From Octopus bimaculoides (taxonomy: Eukaryota): a DNA stretch of 34,944 nt. Position 1 is the first letter of the stretch. Every line of letters starts with the position of its first letter. The notes below the pieces were generated by a model, which ran no database searches, was not told the origin of the DNA, and was given only the letters and a program-made list of their open reading frames with translations. This document shows, piece after piece, positions 23,669 through 34,700 of the stretch. The stretch lies in the NCBI RefSeq assembly GCF_001194135.2, contig NC_068985.1:94848021-94882964 (forward strand). Reading direction: 5' to 3'. The position numbers were made by a program, and so were the translations under genes.

Positions 23669-23671
<3 letters not shown>
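22610..23671 (-). mobile_element. Mariner-family transposon (same family as 10002-10790), 3'-truncated
   Basis: The 5' terminal repeat is the reverse complement of TTTATGAGATGAACCAA, followed by TA at 23670-23671. Remnants are EVTKEHIR, ILTGGEKRVLYKN..RQWVEKGETP...SVMYDMNSLVHFELL..NQTIT and LYSPGIAPSDYHSFRNLQNH. Confidence 0.93.

Positions 23672-23722
<51 letters not shown>
23672..23722. repeat. (CA)n microsatellite
   Basis: Seen directly in the sequence. Confidence 0.98.
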
Positions 23723-23725
<3 letters not shown>

Positions 23726-26700
23726 CTCCTAGATGTGTGTGAGTCGTGTACTATCTATCAGAAAGGAATTCACGATAATCGAATGAATTGTGAACGCATC
23801 AAATAAATATTTGCCGGAAATAAATATGTAGGGAATGATTGAAATTACTTTACGATCGATCATATAACTGACGAAATATTTTAGCGGTATAGAAACTGAA
23901 CTGTCACATCCAACCATTCGATATACTCGTAGTGGCTGGTCTAAGTTACCGGGGTTACTACCACAAACCCTGTTATTAAATTTAGCTGTCCAATGCAGCG
24001 AGAAATTCCTTAAATTTAAATAATTCTCAGATTTCAAAGCAGACGGCTTCTTTTCATCATACTCAAACTTCGCGTTTTTGGATATATCACAACAGTGTTG
24101 GCGACATTCCAAGAACCAATATACGTTTATCCAAAGTTTGGTGACATATGCAATCAAACCAATCTACTGGTACCTTATGTTCCTAGCCAGGTCATAATGT
24201 CCACTTCATACATATTCACAATATTGATTCTAAAGTTGTATAATTCTATAAAATCTGAAAGAATTACTCAACAGAGTGAATGCAATCACAGACATCCGTA
24301 GACAGGGAAATGGTACAGAAAACGATTGCGACAGAAAGCTATTAAATAATGTATCCGTATTTCACAATAGATATAATTAACTATTTTGGTTAGGCTGCAG
24401 ATCCTGCAGACCCCTCACCACCACAATCAATATCATCTGCTTACCTTCATTTCAAATCTCTTCGTCTTCGATGACACCACCACAGACATCGCTGCTTGTC
24501 ATTGCCATTGGCACCGTCATCCACATCTTCATACATGCGAACATCGATACATACATACATACATTATATGTAAGTATATATATATATATATATATATATA
24601 TNNNNNNNNNNNNNNNNNNNNNNNNNNNNNNNNNNNNNNNNNNNNNNNNNNNNNNNNNNNNNNNNNNNNNNNNNNNNNNNNNNNNNNNNNNNNNNNNNNN
24701 NNNNNNNNNNNNNNNNNNNNNNNNNNNNNNNNNNNNNNNNNNNNNNNNNNNNNNNNNNNNNNNNNNNNNNNNNNNNNNNNNNNNNNNNNNNNNNNNNNNN
24801 NNNNNNNNNNNNNNNNNNNNNNNNNNNNNNNNNNNNNNNNNNNNNNNNNNNNNNNNNNNNNNNNNNNNNNNNNNNNNNNNNNNNNNNNNNNNNNNNNNNN
24901 NNNNNNNNNNNNNNNNNNNNNNNNNNNNNNNNNNNNNNNNNNNNNNNNNNNNNNNNNNNNNNNNNNNNNNNNNNNNNNNNNNNNNNNNNNNNNNNNNNNN
25001 NNNNNNNNNNNNNNNNNNNNNNNNNNNNNNNNNNNNNNNNNNNNNNNNNNNNNNNNNNNNNNNNNNNNNNNNNNNNNNNNNNNNNNNNNNNNNNNNNNNN
25101 NNNNNNNNNNNNNNNNNNNNNNNNNNNNNNNNNNNNNNNNNNNNNNNNNNNNNNNNNNNNNNNNNNNNNGTGTGTGCAACTGCGGATGTATATGTTAGTA
25201 AACGTGACCTGTTTACAGTCACATTGCATTATTGCACAACATGAGTGACATATGTCATTTTTCTAAACTCTTGTGAACTCTATTAAAATAACTCCATATT
25301 ATTTTTGTTGTAGAGATTTTCTTACATTATCCTCTGAAAATTAAAAAAAAAAAGGAAAATTATCTAATCCACGAAAAACTTTCAGATGGCCATCTGTCTT
25401 GTATTACATGTGGAGTCTACCGCCATTTTTACTTCAGACTGTTTTAGGATATACAAAATACAAATAGGGAAAAATGTACAATCAATACTTTTCAGTTTAA
25501 AATACGCAAGTCTTTTTAAACTTGATTTATATGAATAAGAAATAAGATGAGATCCAGTTGCAGAAACTAATACTTTAATCTCTGTTAATACCGCTCTATT
25601 CTGTAGATATGCTTTAAAATTAAAATACAAGTTTGTCAGGGGTACTGTACATTACTAGGGACGAGACTCTGAATATCCCTGTTACATGCAACATTAACAG
25701 TTCGTCCAAATGTATGTTTTTTATGGACGTCCTAGGAATTCATTGCGAGATGAATTATTTATTCGTGCACGTCAAATACAGAGATGAATAATATCTGATA
25801 CATTACATTTTTAATATTTAGCGATTCATTTGATCGTCTCACGCAATGTGGGCATGTAATCCGATGATTTATAAAATAGCTACTCGTTTGCCTTTCGTAA
25901 TGTAGTTCCATGAAAGGTTCAGAAAGGTTCACAGAGCGAAGAATTGGATTAATATCACTACTTTGTTTAACACCTTCGGCATTGTGATGGAAATTCCTCC
26001 CGTTTCATATTATTCGGTTCCACTATCAATAATATAATTTAGATGTAATATTATGACATAATTGTAATCGATGAATAACGTTTCTTATATCAGCCGATCT
26101 CTTTCACACCTTCAGTGTGTAACAACATTTGGTGAAATTAATTAATGACGGAAATAATGAATTCGTATTCTCCATGAACTTTGGCGCGTAAAATCTCCCT
26201 CTGTGGATTATTTTTGTCTTCCTTCAAAAGCAAAACACAACTTATCGAATTAGAAATCCGACATATAAACATACAGGTTCATGAATATTACAATGATGAA
26301 AATACACCACATAAACATTCGTTTTACACATAGTAAAACAAGCTCCATCAAGATAGCAAAGTGAAACGAGCATGAAATGAGAGCGTGAAGTGTATCGCGT
26401 ATGAAATTTTAAAAGGTTTTAAAATGGGTGACATAAATATCGTAACGATGTTCAGTACTACTGGAAATGACCTTAGCATGTGATTGCCAGTTGTAGCTAA
26501 CTTTTCAAGAACAACGTTTGTAAATAAATAAGTTAATTAGCTCTATCTCCTCAGGTTGGTAAATAGCACACAGATGAAGTAATGAAGTGGACAGTTATTT
26601 CAAGCAAATGAAACCTTTTACGGGAAATTCTTTAAAATGTAGAGTTCTGCCGAAATTGGATCTGAGTACATCACGCATTCGATCATTTTTATTTTTCGTC

Positions 26701-28545
26701 ATACACATGATCTACATACCGGAAATTTGTCGCTCCGAATGTGCTCCTGTTCATTTCGTGTGCCACAAATCTTCCCATGTCAACTCACATTCCTGTCATG
26801 TCGGTTTACTGATATATATATACATTTACGTGTTGATTACATGAGTAGCTGTGCCTTTTGTATGTTCGGTTAACGCAACATCTTTCATTTCTTATTGTAC
26901 ATTTATTTATGCTAAGTAATCGGCGGCATATTTGAAGATTTTTTTGATGCAGTCTGCTGCGCTCTTTCCCTTTCCATATCCTTTGCAAGTTCACAAATGA
27001 CTTTTCTTTGAAGAAATGTTACGATTGAAGTTTCTGTCCTTCACTCATAGTCTTATTGCCTTTGATTCAAACTCTCAAAAGCGCCCGATCCTAGAATCGG
27101 TTTCAAATTTTGAAGGATTGTCCACCCGAACATATTTCGACATAGTGGTAATTATTTGGTGTAGATCAGCTTTATATAACCCTTAGAGATGTAGATCAGC
27201 TTTATCCGTGCACGGTTTTTAGAGCAACCTCTTGGCAAAATATTATGGTTCATTCACAAAGACCTTTCTACTTTTATTCATACTAAATGTTCCAAATCTG
27301 CACTAATCACACGCAAAACGAAATCCATGTACAGATATACACGATGGAATTTTTATTTGTCTGGATATGGTTATAGTTGTTTTTGTGTTTTTATTGTTGT
27401 AGTAAGTATACTGCTGCTATGATTAATGATACTGTTGTTGATATCGCATGAAAACTTTTCGAAAATTCCTAAAAATAATTTGTTTATAAAAGTAACCGAA
27501 ATTTCTCATGTTTAAAATATGATTGAATTATTGCGAAAACCAGCTGATTTTTGCCAGATACGCTTGAGAATTCTTTGTCTCTGTGAATCGACGCCATTAT
27601 GAATGTTGTTGAAGCAAAATGTCAGTCATTTTTTACTGAGGCAAATTTGAAATAAATAACATAACATTGTGTCTCTTATAAACACTGCATATTATATCAT
27701 CAAGTAATTGCTCCTAATTCTGCAAAATAAATGGAACATTTTAAAATTCAGAAAGAAACAGTAAAATATCTCAAGCCTACAACCATTAATAATAATAATC
27801 ATAATAATAATCATTATTGTTATTCTTTTCTTCCTTCTCCTCCTCCCCNNNNNNNNNNNNNNNNNNNNNNNNNNNNNNNNNNNNNNNNNNNNNNNNNNNN
27901 NNNNNNNNNNNNNNNNNNNNNNNNNNNNNNNNNNNNNNNNNNNNNNNNNNNNNNNNNNNNNNNNNNNNNNNNNNNNNNNNNNNNNNNNNNNNNNNNNNNN
28001 NNNNNNNNNNNNNNNNNNNNNNNNNNNNNNNNNNNNNNNNNNNNNNNNNNNNNNNNNNNNNNNNNNNNNNNNNNNNNNNNNNNNNNNNNNNNNNNNNNNN
28101 NNNNNNNNNNNNNNNNNNNNNNNNNNNNNNNNNNNNNNNNNNNNNNNNNNNNNNNNNNNNNNNNNNNNNNNNNNNNNNNNNNNNNNNNNNNNNNNNNNNN
28201 NNNNNNNNNNNNNNNNNNNNNNNNNNNNNNNNNNNNNNNNNNNNNNNNNNNNNNNNNNNNNNNNNNNNNNNNNNNNNNNNNNNNNNNNNNNNNNNNNNNN
28301 NNNNNNNNNNNNNNNNNNNNNNNNNNNNNNNNNNNNNNNNNNNNNNNNNNNNNNNNNNNNNNNNNNNNNNNNNNNNNNNNNNNNNNNNNNNNNNNNNNNN
28401 NNNNNNNNNNNNNNNNNNNNNNNNNNNNNNNNNNNNNNNNNNNNNNNNNNNNNNNNNNNNNNNNNNNNNNNNNNNNNNNNNNNNNNNNNNNNNNNNNNNN
28501 NNNNNNNNNNNNNNNNNNNNNNNNNNNNNNNNNATATATATATAT

Positions 28546-28900
28546 TACGGAGATGTACTTGCATAGCAAGTGACCTGATCTGAGATCGTGTGCTGCAACG
28601 AAAACAATTGCAGCGTGGAAGGTGTTTATAAGCCATTTAAAATAACACACAAAAGCCGTCAGATTCACTTCAACATTTAAATTTAATTTGTCAAAATATT
28701 TTCGTCGCTTTGAGACCGCGACCTGTTCACTGACAAAATTGTGTGCTGCATGGTCATTTTCATCGGAATATTCAATGGCCAGTTAACTTAAGAGATGGCG
28801 GCGTTTATTTCCTCCCCGGCATCAGAAACTCTGAGTTTTAACATGACTACCGAATAATTGTCACATATTTTTACAGATAAATTCCTCTATATACATAATA
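28546..28900 (-). mobile_element. Non-coding interspersed repeat, probably a Penelope-derived pseudo-LTR
   Basis: It carries a minimal hammerhead with palindromic stem III and a 10-nt direct repeat GTGTGCTGCA (about 28587 and 28741). It ends in (TA)n. I recall this sequence as an abundant Octopus repeat (not verified). Confidence 0.55.
28687..28737 (-). ncRNA. Minimal type I hammerhead ribozyme, G3-C8 core variant
   Basis: The minus strand reads TTTGTCA GTGAACA G GTCGC GGTCTCAAA GCGAC GAAA ATAT T T TGACAAA. Stem I is 7 bp perfect, stem II is 5 bp perfect, G5/A6/A9/G12/A13/A14/A15.1/U16.1 are intact, and AATATT is a palindrome. Confidence 0.75.
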
Positions 28901-29499
28901 TCGAGGTCTCTTTCTTTTGTTGTTTTTTCCGTCAATATATATATATTTGTACAAAATCACAGAGTAGAAGTAGGACGGAGTAGGAGAAAGAGTAGTATAA
29001 GTGAAGGCAGAGGAGAGGAAATAGTAATTCAGTGAACGATAATTAGTGAGAGTTATATCCCTGATTGTTAGAGAATGGGAGAAAGTAATAGCAATGAAGA
29101 AAGGAAGGAATGATAGATGAATAAGGAAGGAAGGTGTGAAAAATAATCAGTGTTTCAACTCTGTGTAAATATATGAGTGTGTATGCAAAAGGGAGGTATG
29201 TGAATGTTTGTTTTTGTGTGTGTATGTGTGTGTGTGCAATGGAAATGGGATGGTGAACGTTCAACGCTGAAAAAATCAAGAGAATATGTGTGTATGTGTG
29301 TGCGTATACAAAGGGAGTATGTGAATGTTTGTATCTGTGATTACTATGCACCTTATATTGTACCTTATTCATATATAAAATACAACAATGAGCTGTCATT
29401 TTTGACAGCACAGGGCCAGCTAGTAATCATAATAATAAATATTTTAATGCGAAATTCTACAGGGATGTATGTTTATGATGAATCGTTACTAGCTTCAAA

Positions 29500-29695
29500 C
29501 GTAGAGAGAGAGAGCAATTTCAGAGTGAAGATAAGACAATTACATCGACTCCAGTGTTCAGCCGGTTGCTATTTTATCGACCCCGAAGGGATGAATAGCA
29601 AAATTAACCTTGGCGGAATTTGAATTCAGAACGTAAAAATAGATAAAATACTGCTAAGCATTTTGCCCGGTATGCTAACGACTCTATCAGCGTGC
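29500..29695 (-). mobile_element. SINE family A copy
   Basis: TTTTATCGACCCCGAAGGGATGAA...TTGGCGGAATTTGAATTCAGAACGTAAA...CTAAGCATTTTGCCCGGTATGCTAAC. Confidence 0.85.
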
Positions 29696-30637
29696 AGATA
29701 CTATTGACAGCAATTCTTTATTTTCTAAAATTCTCTTACTTAATCAGATAACGGAACTTCAGTCGAAACAACATCGGTTCTAAGAAGACTAACAAATATA
29801 GATAAACGCACGTATCAGACACACAAAGAGACAAACAGATAGATAAACAGATAAATAGATAATTATGTTTATATGTGTGTGAATCTAACTACTTGAATGC
29901 ATGCTAACGTTGTGTTCATAAATAGTCTTCGTCTACCAAATAATATTGCAAAGTATTGGTCGTATAAGTCACTCTAATTTAAAAATATTCCAGCATTGGT
30001 GCGTTCCGGCAGAGAAACCTAGACGAATTGTTTTCAAATCAAGCATCTGAGCCACTCATCCCGGCTTCTTCCTGTGTACGGAGTAAATAACAATGTAATG
30101 TTCTCATGAGATTATAAACAAACTTTCATTTGTCAATAATCCCATGAGAATATTAGACTGTTTTTCTTGTATTTCATAGTTATATAATATTGCTTACGGG
30201 TTTATCGGAGAAAGTCCGTTGAAACTAAGACCCAAACAATAAAATTATTGGAGGAAAGCATATAAAATTATCAACAGACTAACAAAAACTATGACACAAG
30301 CGTACATGTTTATTTTAAATGGCTAATATTACTCATCCGGGATGTAACTTCTAAGGTTTTGTTTTTCTGTTTAACTCATTAAGATTTTCACTAATTATAC
30401 ACATCCGCCATGATTCCATGAGTTTGAAAATAAAACAGGATTGTTTAATTCTAAAACAACAAGCAACATAATTTATAAGTTATTAACGTACTAATTAATT
30501 TTCCGCTTTCTTCAGAGTGGGATACATTGTCGATGTAATTCCTTGTGATAGAATTAATTTTAAAAATCATAAAGAAATCTAAAAAAAAAAGAAGCTATAA
30601 ACACACGCTTACACACTTATATGTATACGCCTATTAT

Positions 30638-31030
30638 CTATTACTTGTTTCATTACATTAGACATCAGCCATGCTGGGGCACTGCCTTGAAGAATTTTTA
30701 CTAGAATACATTAAACCCAGTACTTATTTTTTTACAGCATGATATTTATTCTATAGAGCTCGTTTGCCGAACCGCTAAGTTACGGCGGACAAAAACACAC
30801 GAGGGCCGGTTATCAAGTGATGGTGCCGGTAGGAACAAGCACGGACACTCATAAAAGTATACAAACATATATGCAACGGGCTTCTGTCGATTTCCGTCTA
30901 TCAAAATCACTCATAAATCTTTGGTCGCCCCAAGGATTTAGTTGAACACCTTTACCCCAGGTGCCACGCAGTAGAGCTGAATCCTGAATAATGTGGTTGG
31001 GAAGTAAGCTTCTTCTCACACAGCCACACC
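30638..31030 (-). mobile_element. SINE family B copy
   Basis: Collinear with the other family B copies from TTACTTGTTTCA to CACACAGCCAC. Confidence 0.88.
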
Positions 31031-31291
31031 TGCGCCATATATACGCATGCACGTATATGTATGCGTGTATGTGTGTATGCATATGTATATATATATATAT
31101 GTATATATGTGTAAATATACATACATACATATATATATACATATATATGCGCATACATATATATATACGTATATACTCGCATACACACAGACACCCCTCC
31201 ATATATATATATATATATATATATATATCATTATTCAGGATTCAGCTCTACTGCGTGGCACCTGGGGTAAAGGTATTCAACTAAATCCTTG
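30931..31291. repeat. 63-bp near-perfect inverted repeat (30931-30993 and 31229-31291)
   Basis: 62 of 63 positions are identical in reverse complement. Confidence 0.97.
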
Positions 31292-31331
31292 AATAAGAGA
31301 AAATATACAGAGGGAGACTCAGCATTTCATA

Positions 31332-31380
<49 letters not shown>

Positions 31381-31770
31381 GAAATATATATATATATAAA
31401 ACTATGAAATGCTGAGTCTTATGAAAACAATGAAGTGATTACAATACATTACGCTTTGCAATAGATGAATTACAAAACTAATTATAATGATGTGTTTTAA
31501 AATCCATCCGATTAGTGTAAGCTTGGTGGACATAGCCAAATTTCAGGAACAACAAATTTTTTCTCTATTGAGTTATTGTAAAAACCCCACATGCACACGC
31601 ACTTCCACACATGAGCATGACAGACGTACGGACAGGTGTATGATGTATAATTAATTATCACAAATATACTAACACACGCACATCATGCACGCGCACACAC
31701 AAACACACGTAGGCTTACACAAACATACATACATATATGTATACACATATATGGATTTACATGTATACAT

Positions 31771-32145
31771 TCTCCCTCTGTATATTTTCTCTTATTCTTT
31801 TTGGTTTAAGGGCATAGACTGGAAACTTTAAAGAATTTTTCATTTTCCCATGCGTCAAACTAACACACTTGCTTGTTCATATTACCTGTCTTCATCTTGT
31901 GATTTTCTATAAATTTCAACTGTGTATATATATATGCATATATGGGTGCAGGACATCACAAAACGCAAACGACATGAAGTACGGGTCAAACATGTGTATG
32001 CGAACAACGAGGGAAACAATTGTAAAACAAGACAAGTAACATAAAGAACGAGGTCTTCATTAGCTGTCAGCTGTCAATCTACTCCTCATTTAGAGCAATT
32101 AATGACAATATGATTCTTCGAAAAACAGTTGCTCCCGCGAACCAA

Positions 32146-32205
<60 letters not shown>

Positions 32206-32372
32206 GAGACAAGAAAAACAGCCAACAACTGATGAAGGGTCGTTCTTGAAGCTGCTTGTTTTGTTTTCCATTTGTGTTTTTCGTTGTTCGAAAGAATGGT
32301 TCATGTTTCATGTACTCGTGCTTCGCATTATTTGTTGTACACGTTTCGTGACATCCTGTGCCCACATATGAA
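31771..32372. mobile_element. Cluster of degenerate Penelope-type terminal-repeat pieces, including an inverted pair around (TA)n
   Basis: The reverse complement of 31935-32085 aligns with 32205-32372 (CT(G/A)ATGAAG..TCGTTCTT..TCGTTGTTCG..TCCTG..CCCA.ATATG). Confidence 0.5.
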
Positions 32373-32567
32373 TTCAAGCGGATAGTTCTGAACCTCCTCT
32401 TCATTATTGCAGGACACTGAATCTGTGCTTAAGTACGTTTTAAGTGCCTCTGGTATAATATTAACAACATTTTCATTTATTTCATTACAGTCAGAATTTT
32501 TAGGAGATAAGATTACTCGTTTTTCCATTTCTTCTGGCGTGCAGTTGTTGAAAATTTCTGTGTACAA
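32372..32567 (-). mobile_element. Helitron RepHel Pif1-type helicase fragment
   Basis: EIFNNCTPEEMEKRVILSPKNSDCNEINENVVNIIPEALKTYLSTDSV...NYPLEFI matches the RAILxPxNxxVxxIN...YxSxDSV...YPxEFLN stretch of Pif1/Helitron helicases. Confidence 0.85.
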
Positions 32568-32949
32568 ATGTACAAGTTGAAATTCAAAAGAACGAAGTGA
32601 TAAATGGATTTATGAATGAATGTTTGGTAGTTGCGTTTATTTCCAGCACGCAACACATTGCAGACATGTTTTAACTAACCTAAACTATACACACACACAC
32701 ACAAATAAATTCATATATATATATGTCTCAAGTTCTAGCTGTAATTCAAAGGGGCCAGCCTTGTCATAGTTTGTGTGAGGCTGAATCTCTCTGAGAACTA
32801 CTTTAATGTTATGCATGTCAGTGGAGTTCACAGCCATTTGTAATCTAATTTTATCCTCGTGTGGTAATGAAAGGTGAAATTGACAGCCTATATTTGCTGT
32901 GTCTATGTATCTATATGTGAACTTTTCTTTGGATTTATGTATCCACTGT

Positions 32950-33195
32950 CTCTCTCACTTTCTCTCTTTCTCTTTCACTTCCTTTGTTTCCATCTTCTTC
33001 CCTGCTTTTGATTTAACAATGTGAATATGTATCTATGTATCTACTTCTCTTGCGATGTGATAAACATTTAAAAACTCAAAACGAACGCCGTCACCACTCA
33101 CTATCTCTTTCCCTCTCTCTTTCTCTCTTACTCTCTCATTTTCTCTCTCACTCTCTCTTTCACTCTTACTTCCTCTCTGTCCTCTCTCTTGCTTT
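32950..33195. repeat. Imperfect (CT)n pyrimidine tracts
   Basis: Seen directly in the sequence. Confidence 0.85.
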
Positions 33196-33339
33196 GCCAA
33201 TTCTTTAAAGTAAGCGTGACGCGTATAACAGGTACGTACAAAAAGAAAAAGTTAGCGTATTAACATTATCATTATTAATAATAATAGCAATAACAACAAC
33301 AACATGCATAATATGTTTAGAAAGAAAAATAAATAAAAA

Positions 33340-34340
33340 GTAAAACAATCATGTGGACCATTCTAATCCAGTTATGAGATGCACTGACAATTTTTTGTTA
33401 CCTTGAACAGACATAGCTTTAGGATTTAGATGGTGTCACAGGGAATGCTATCTACAAAGAATTCATACACCACCATAAGATTAATATCGTGAGGCATCAC
33501 AGAGGAAGAGGGTAGGCAGAGGTTTCTCTACTGCAGATTACACGTTCAATGCCGGGATTTGTGATTTGGTATATTGTGCTATGGATAGTGGAAAAGAATA
33601 TTGTCTGAGCAAGAAATATCGAAGTTACTAAAATGCTGAAAGACTTTTAAGATCAGAAAGAAAAATAATAGGAGAAATAGCGATAAAAAAAACAGATATA
33701 CATTTTCAATTCAATCAAAAATAAACTGCTGTAAGGGAAATCCGTGGTTGCGTCTGATGTGATGCTAAAACGAAAAGCTGGATCATGGTTTGTGACTGCC
33801 TAAAGAAAAGGAATTGAAACGGAATTAATACTAATTACATGAACCTAATTCTCAGTCACAGATAAAACGTAGGACGTTAAGGAAAATGTTGATAGAGGTT
33901 TTAAGGCTCCGAAATGAGTGCAGTAAGCCAGAAGAAATCTATGTCTCCAGTGTTCCTCGCGCCATTCCTGTTTATATTTAATTTGAATATAATGCACACG
34001 GATGAGGCTGTTGAACAGAAGGTTGTTTCTTATCTATTTAGATTTCCCTGATGTATTGGGATTTTCGTATACGAACCAAATCGTGAATTAAGGATAACAA
34101 GTTGGATATGTAGTTATTGCTAATAAGAAGTAAGCGTGGCTTATACTAATGGTGCCGTGCTTAAGTACCTAAGTGCTACCAGAAGCTAGAAAATGTGAAA
34201 AGTTAATGTAGCTATTACAAACTTGACGACTGAAAATTGCATCCTTTTGATGTAGATGTTAGCACGTTAATAATTTGAAGAATTTCTTTAGGCAATGAGA
34301 AATACGAAGATTAATTCAAGAACAAACCTTAGAAAGCTGA
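33340..34340 (+). mobile_element. Very old R4/Dong-clade fragment
   Basis: Ordered remnants are PVMR, LDGVT..HHHK, WLR..LKRK, TNYM, ECSK and WDFRIRT..IKDNKLDM. It begins after an (AAT/AAC)n tract at about 33268-33305. Confidence 0.6.
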
Positions 34341-34464
34341 TTAGAATATAATCCCTGTTCAAGTAGATGTTGAGTTTCTAAGCTTTAACAGGCTCTTAGA
34401 CATGTCATAGGTAACTAAGAAGAGATTCAATCATTGTGAGAATCGTGATAATAAAGATATTAGC

Positions 34465-34671
34465 TTCCACGTCAGAAATTTTGAGGAAGAGGATAAGTCG
34501 ATTACATGGACTGCAGCGCTCTGCTGATACTTACTTTATCGACCACGAAAGGATGAAAGGCAAATTGGCAAATTCGACGCTGGAGAAATTTAAACGCAGA
34601 AAGTAAAGACGAACGAAATGCTGCTAAACATTTTTTATCCGGCGTGCTAGTGATTCTGTCAGCTCACTGCC
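34465..34671 (-). mobile_element. SINE family A copy
   Basis: TTTATCGACCACGAAAGGATGAAAGGCAAA...CCGGCGTGCTAGTGATTCTGTCAGCTCACTGCCT. Confidence 0.85.
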
Positions 34672-34700
34672 TCAATGATAATAATAATAATAATAATAAT

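Larger units (their letters stand above)
616..28533. other. Eleven assembly gaps: 616-860, 4423-4522, 5089-5281, 8096-8390, 9555-10001, 10812-11714, 12214-12936, 14575-15070, 15573-15954, 24602-25169, 27849-28533
   Basis: Runs of N totalling about 5.0 kb, most bordered by (TA)n or (AAT)n. Confidence 0.99.

Noticed and set aside
26900-27060. Minus-strand peptide FLQRKVICELAKDMERER resembling a piggyBac C-terminus
   Set aside because: Too short, with no other piggyBac motifs or TTAA/TIR.
564-28668. Long ORF-track entries containing X runs or YI/HT/CV/poly-N/poly-I repeats
   Set aside because: They are translations of N gaps and (TA)n, (CA)n or (AAT)n microsatellites, not genes.
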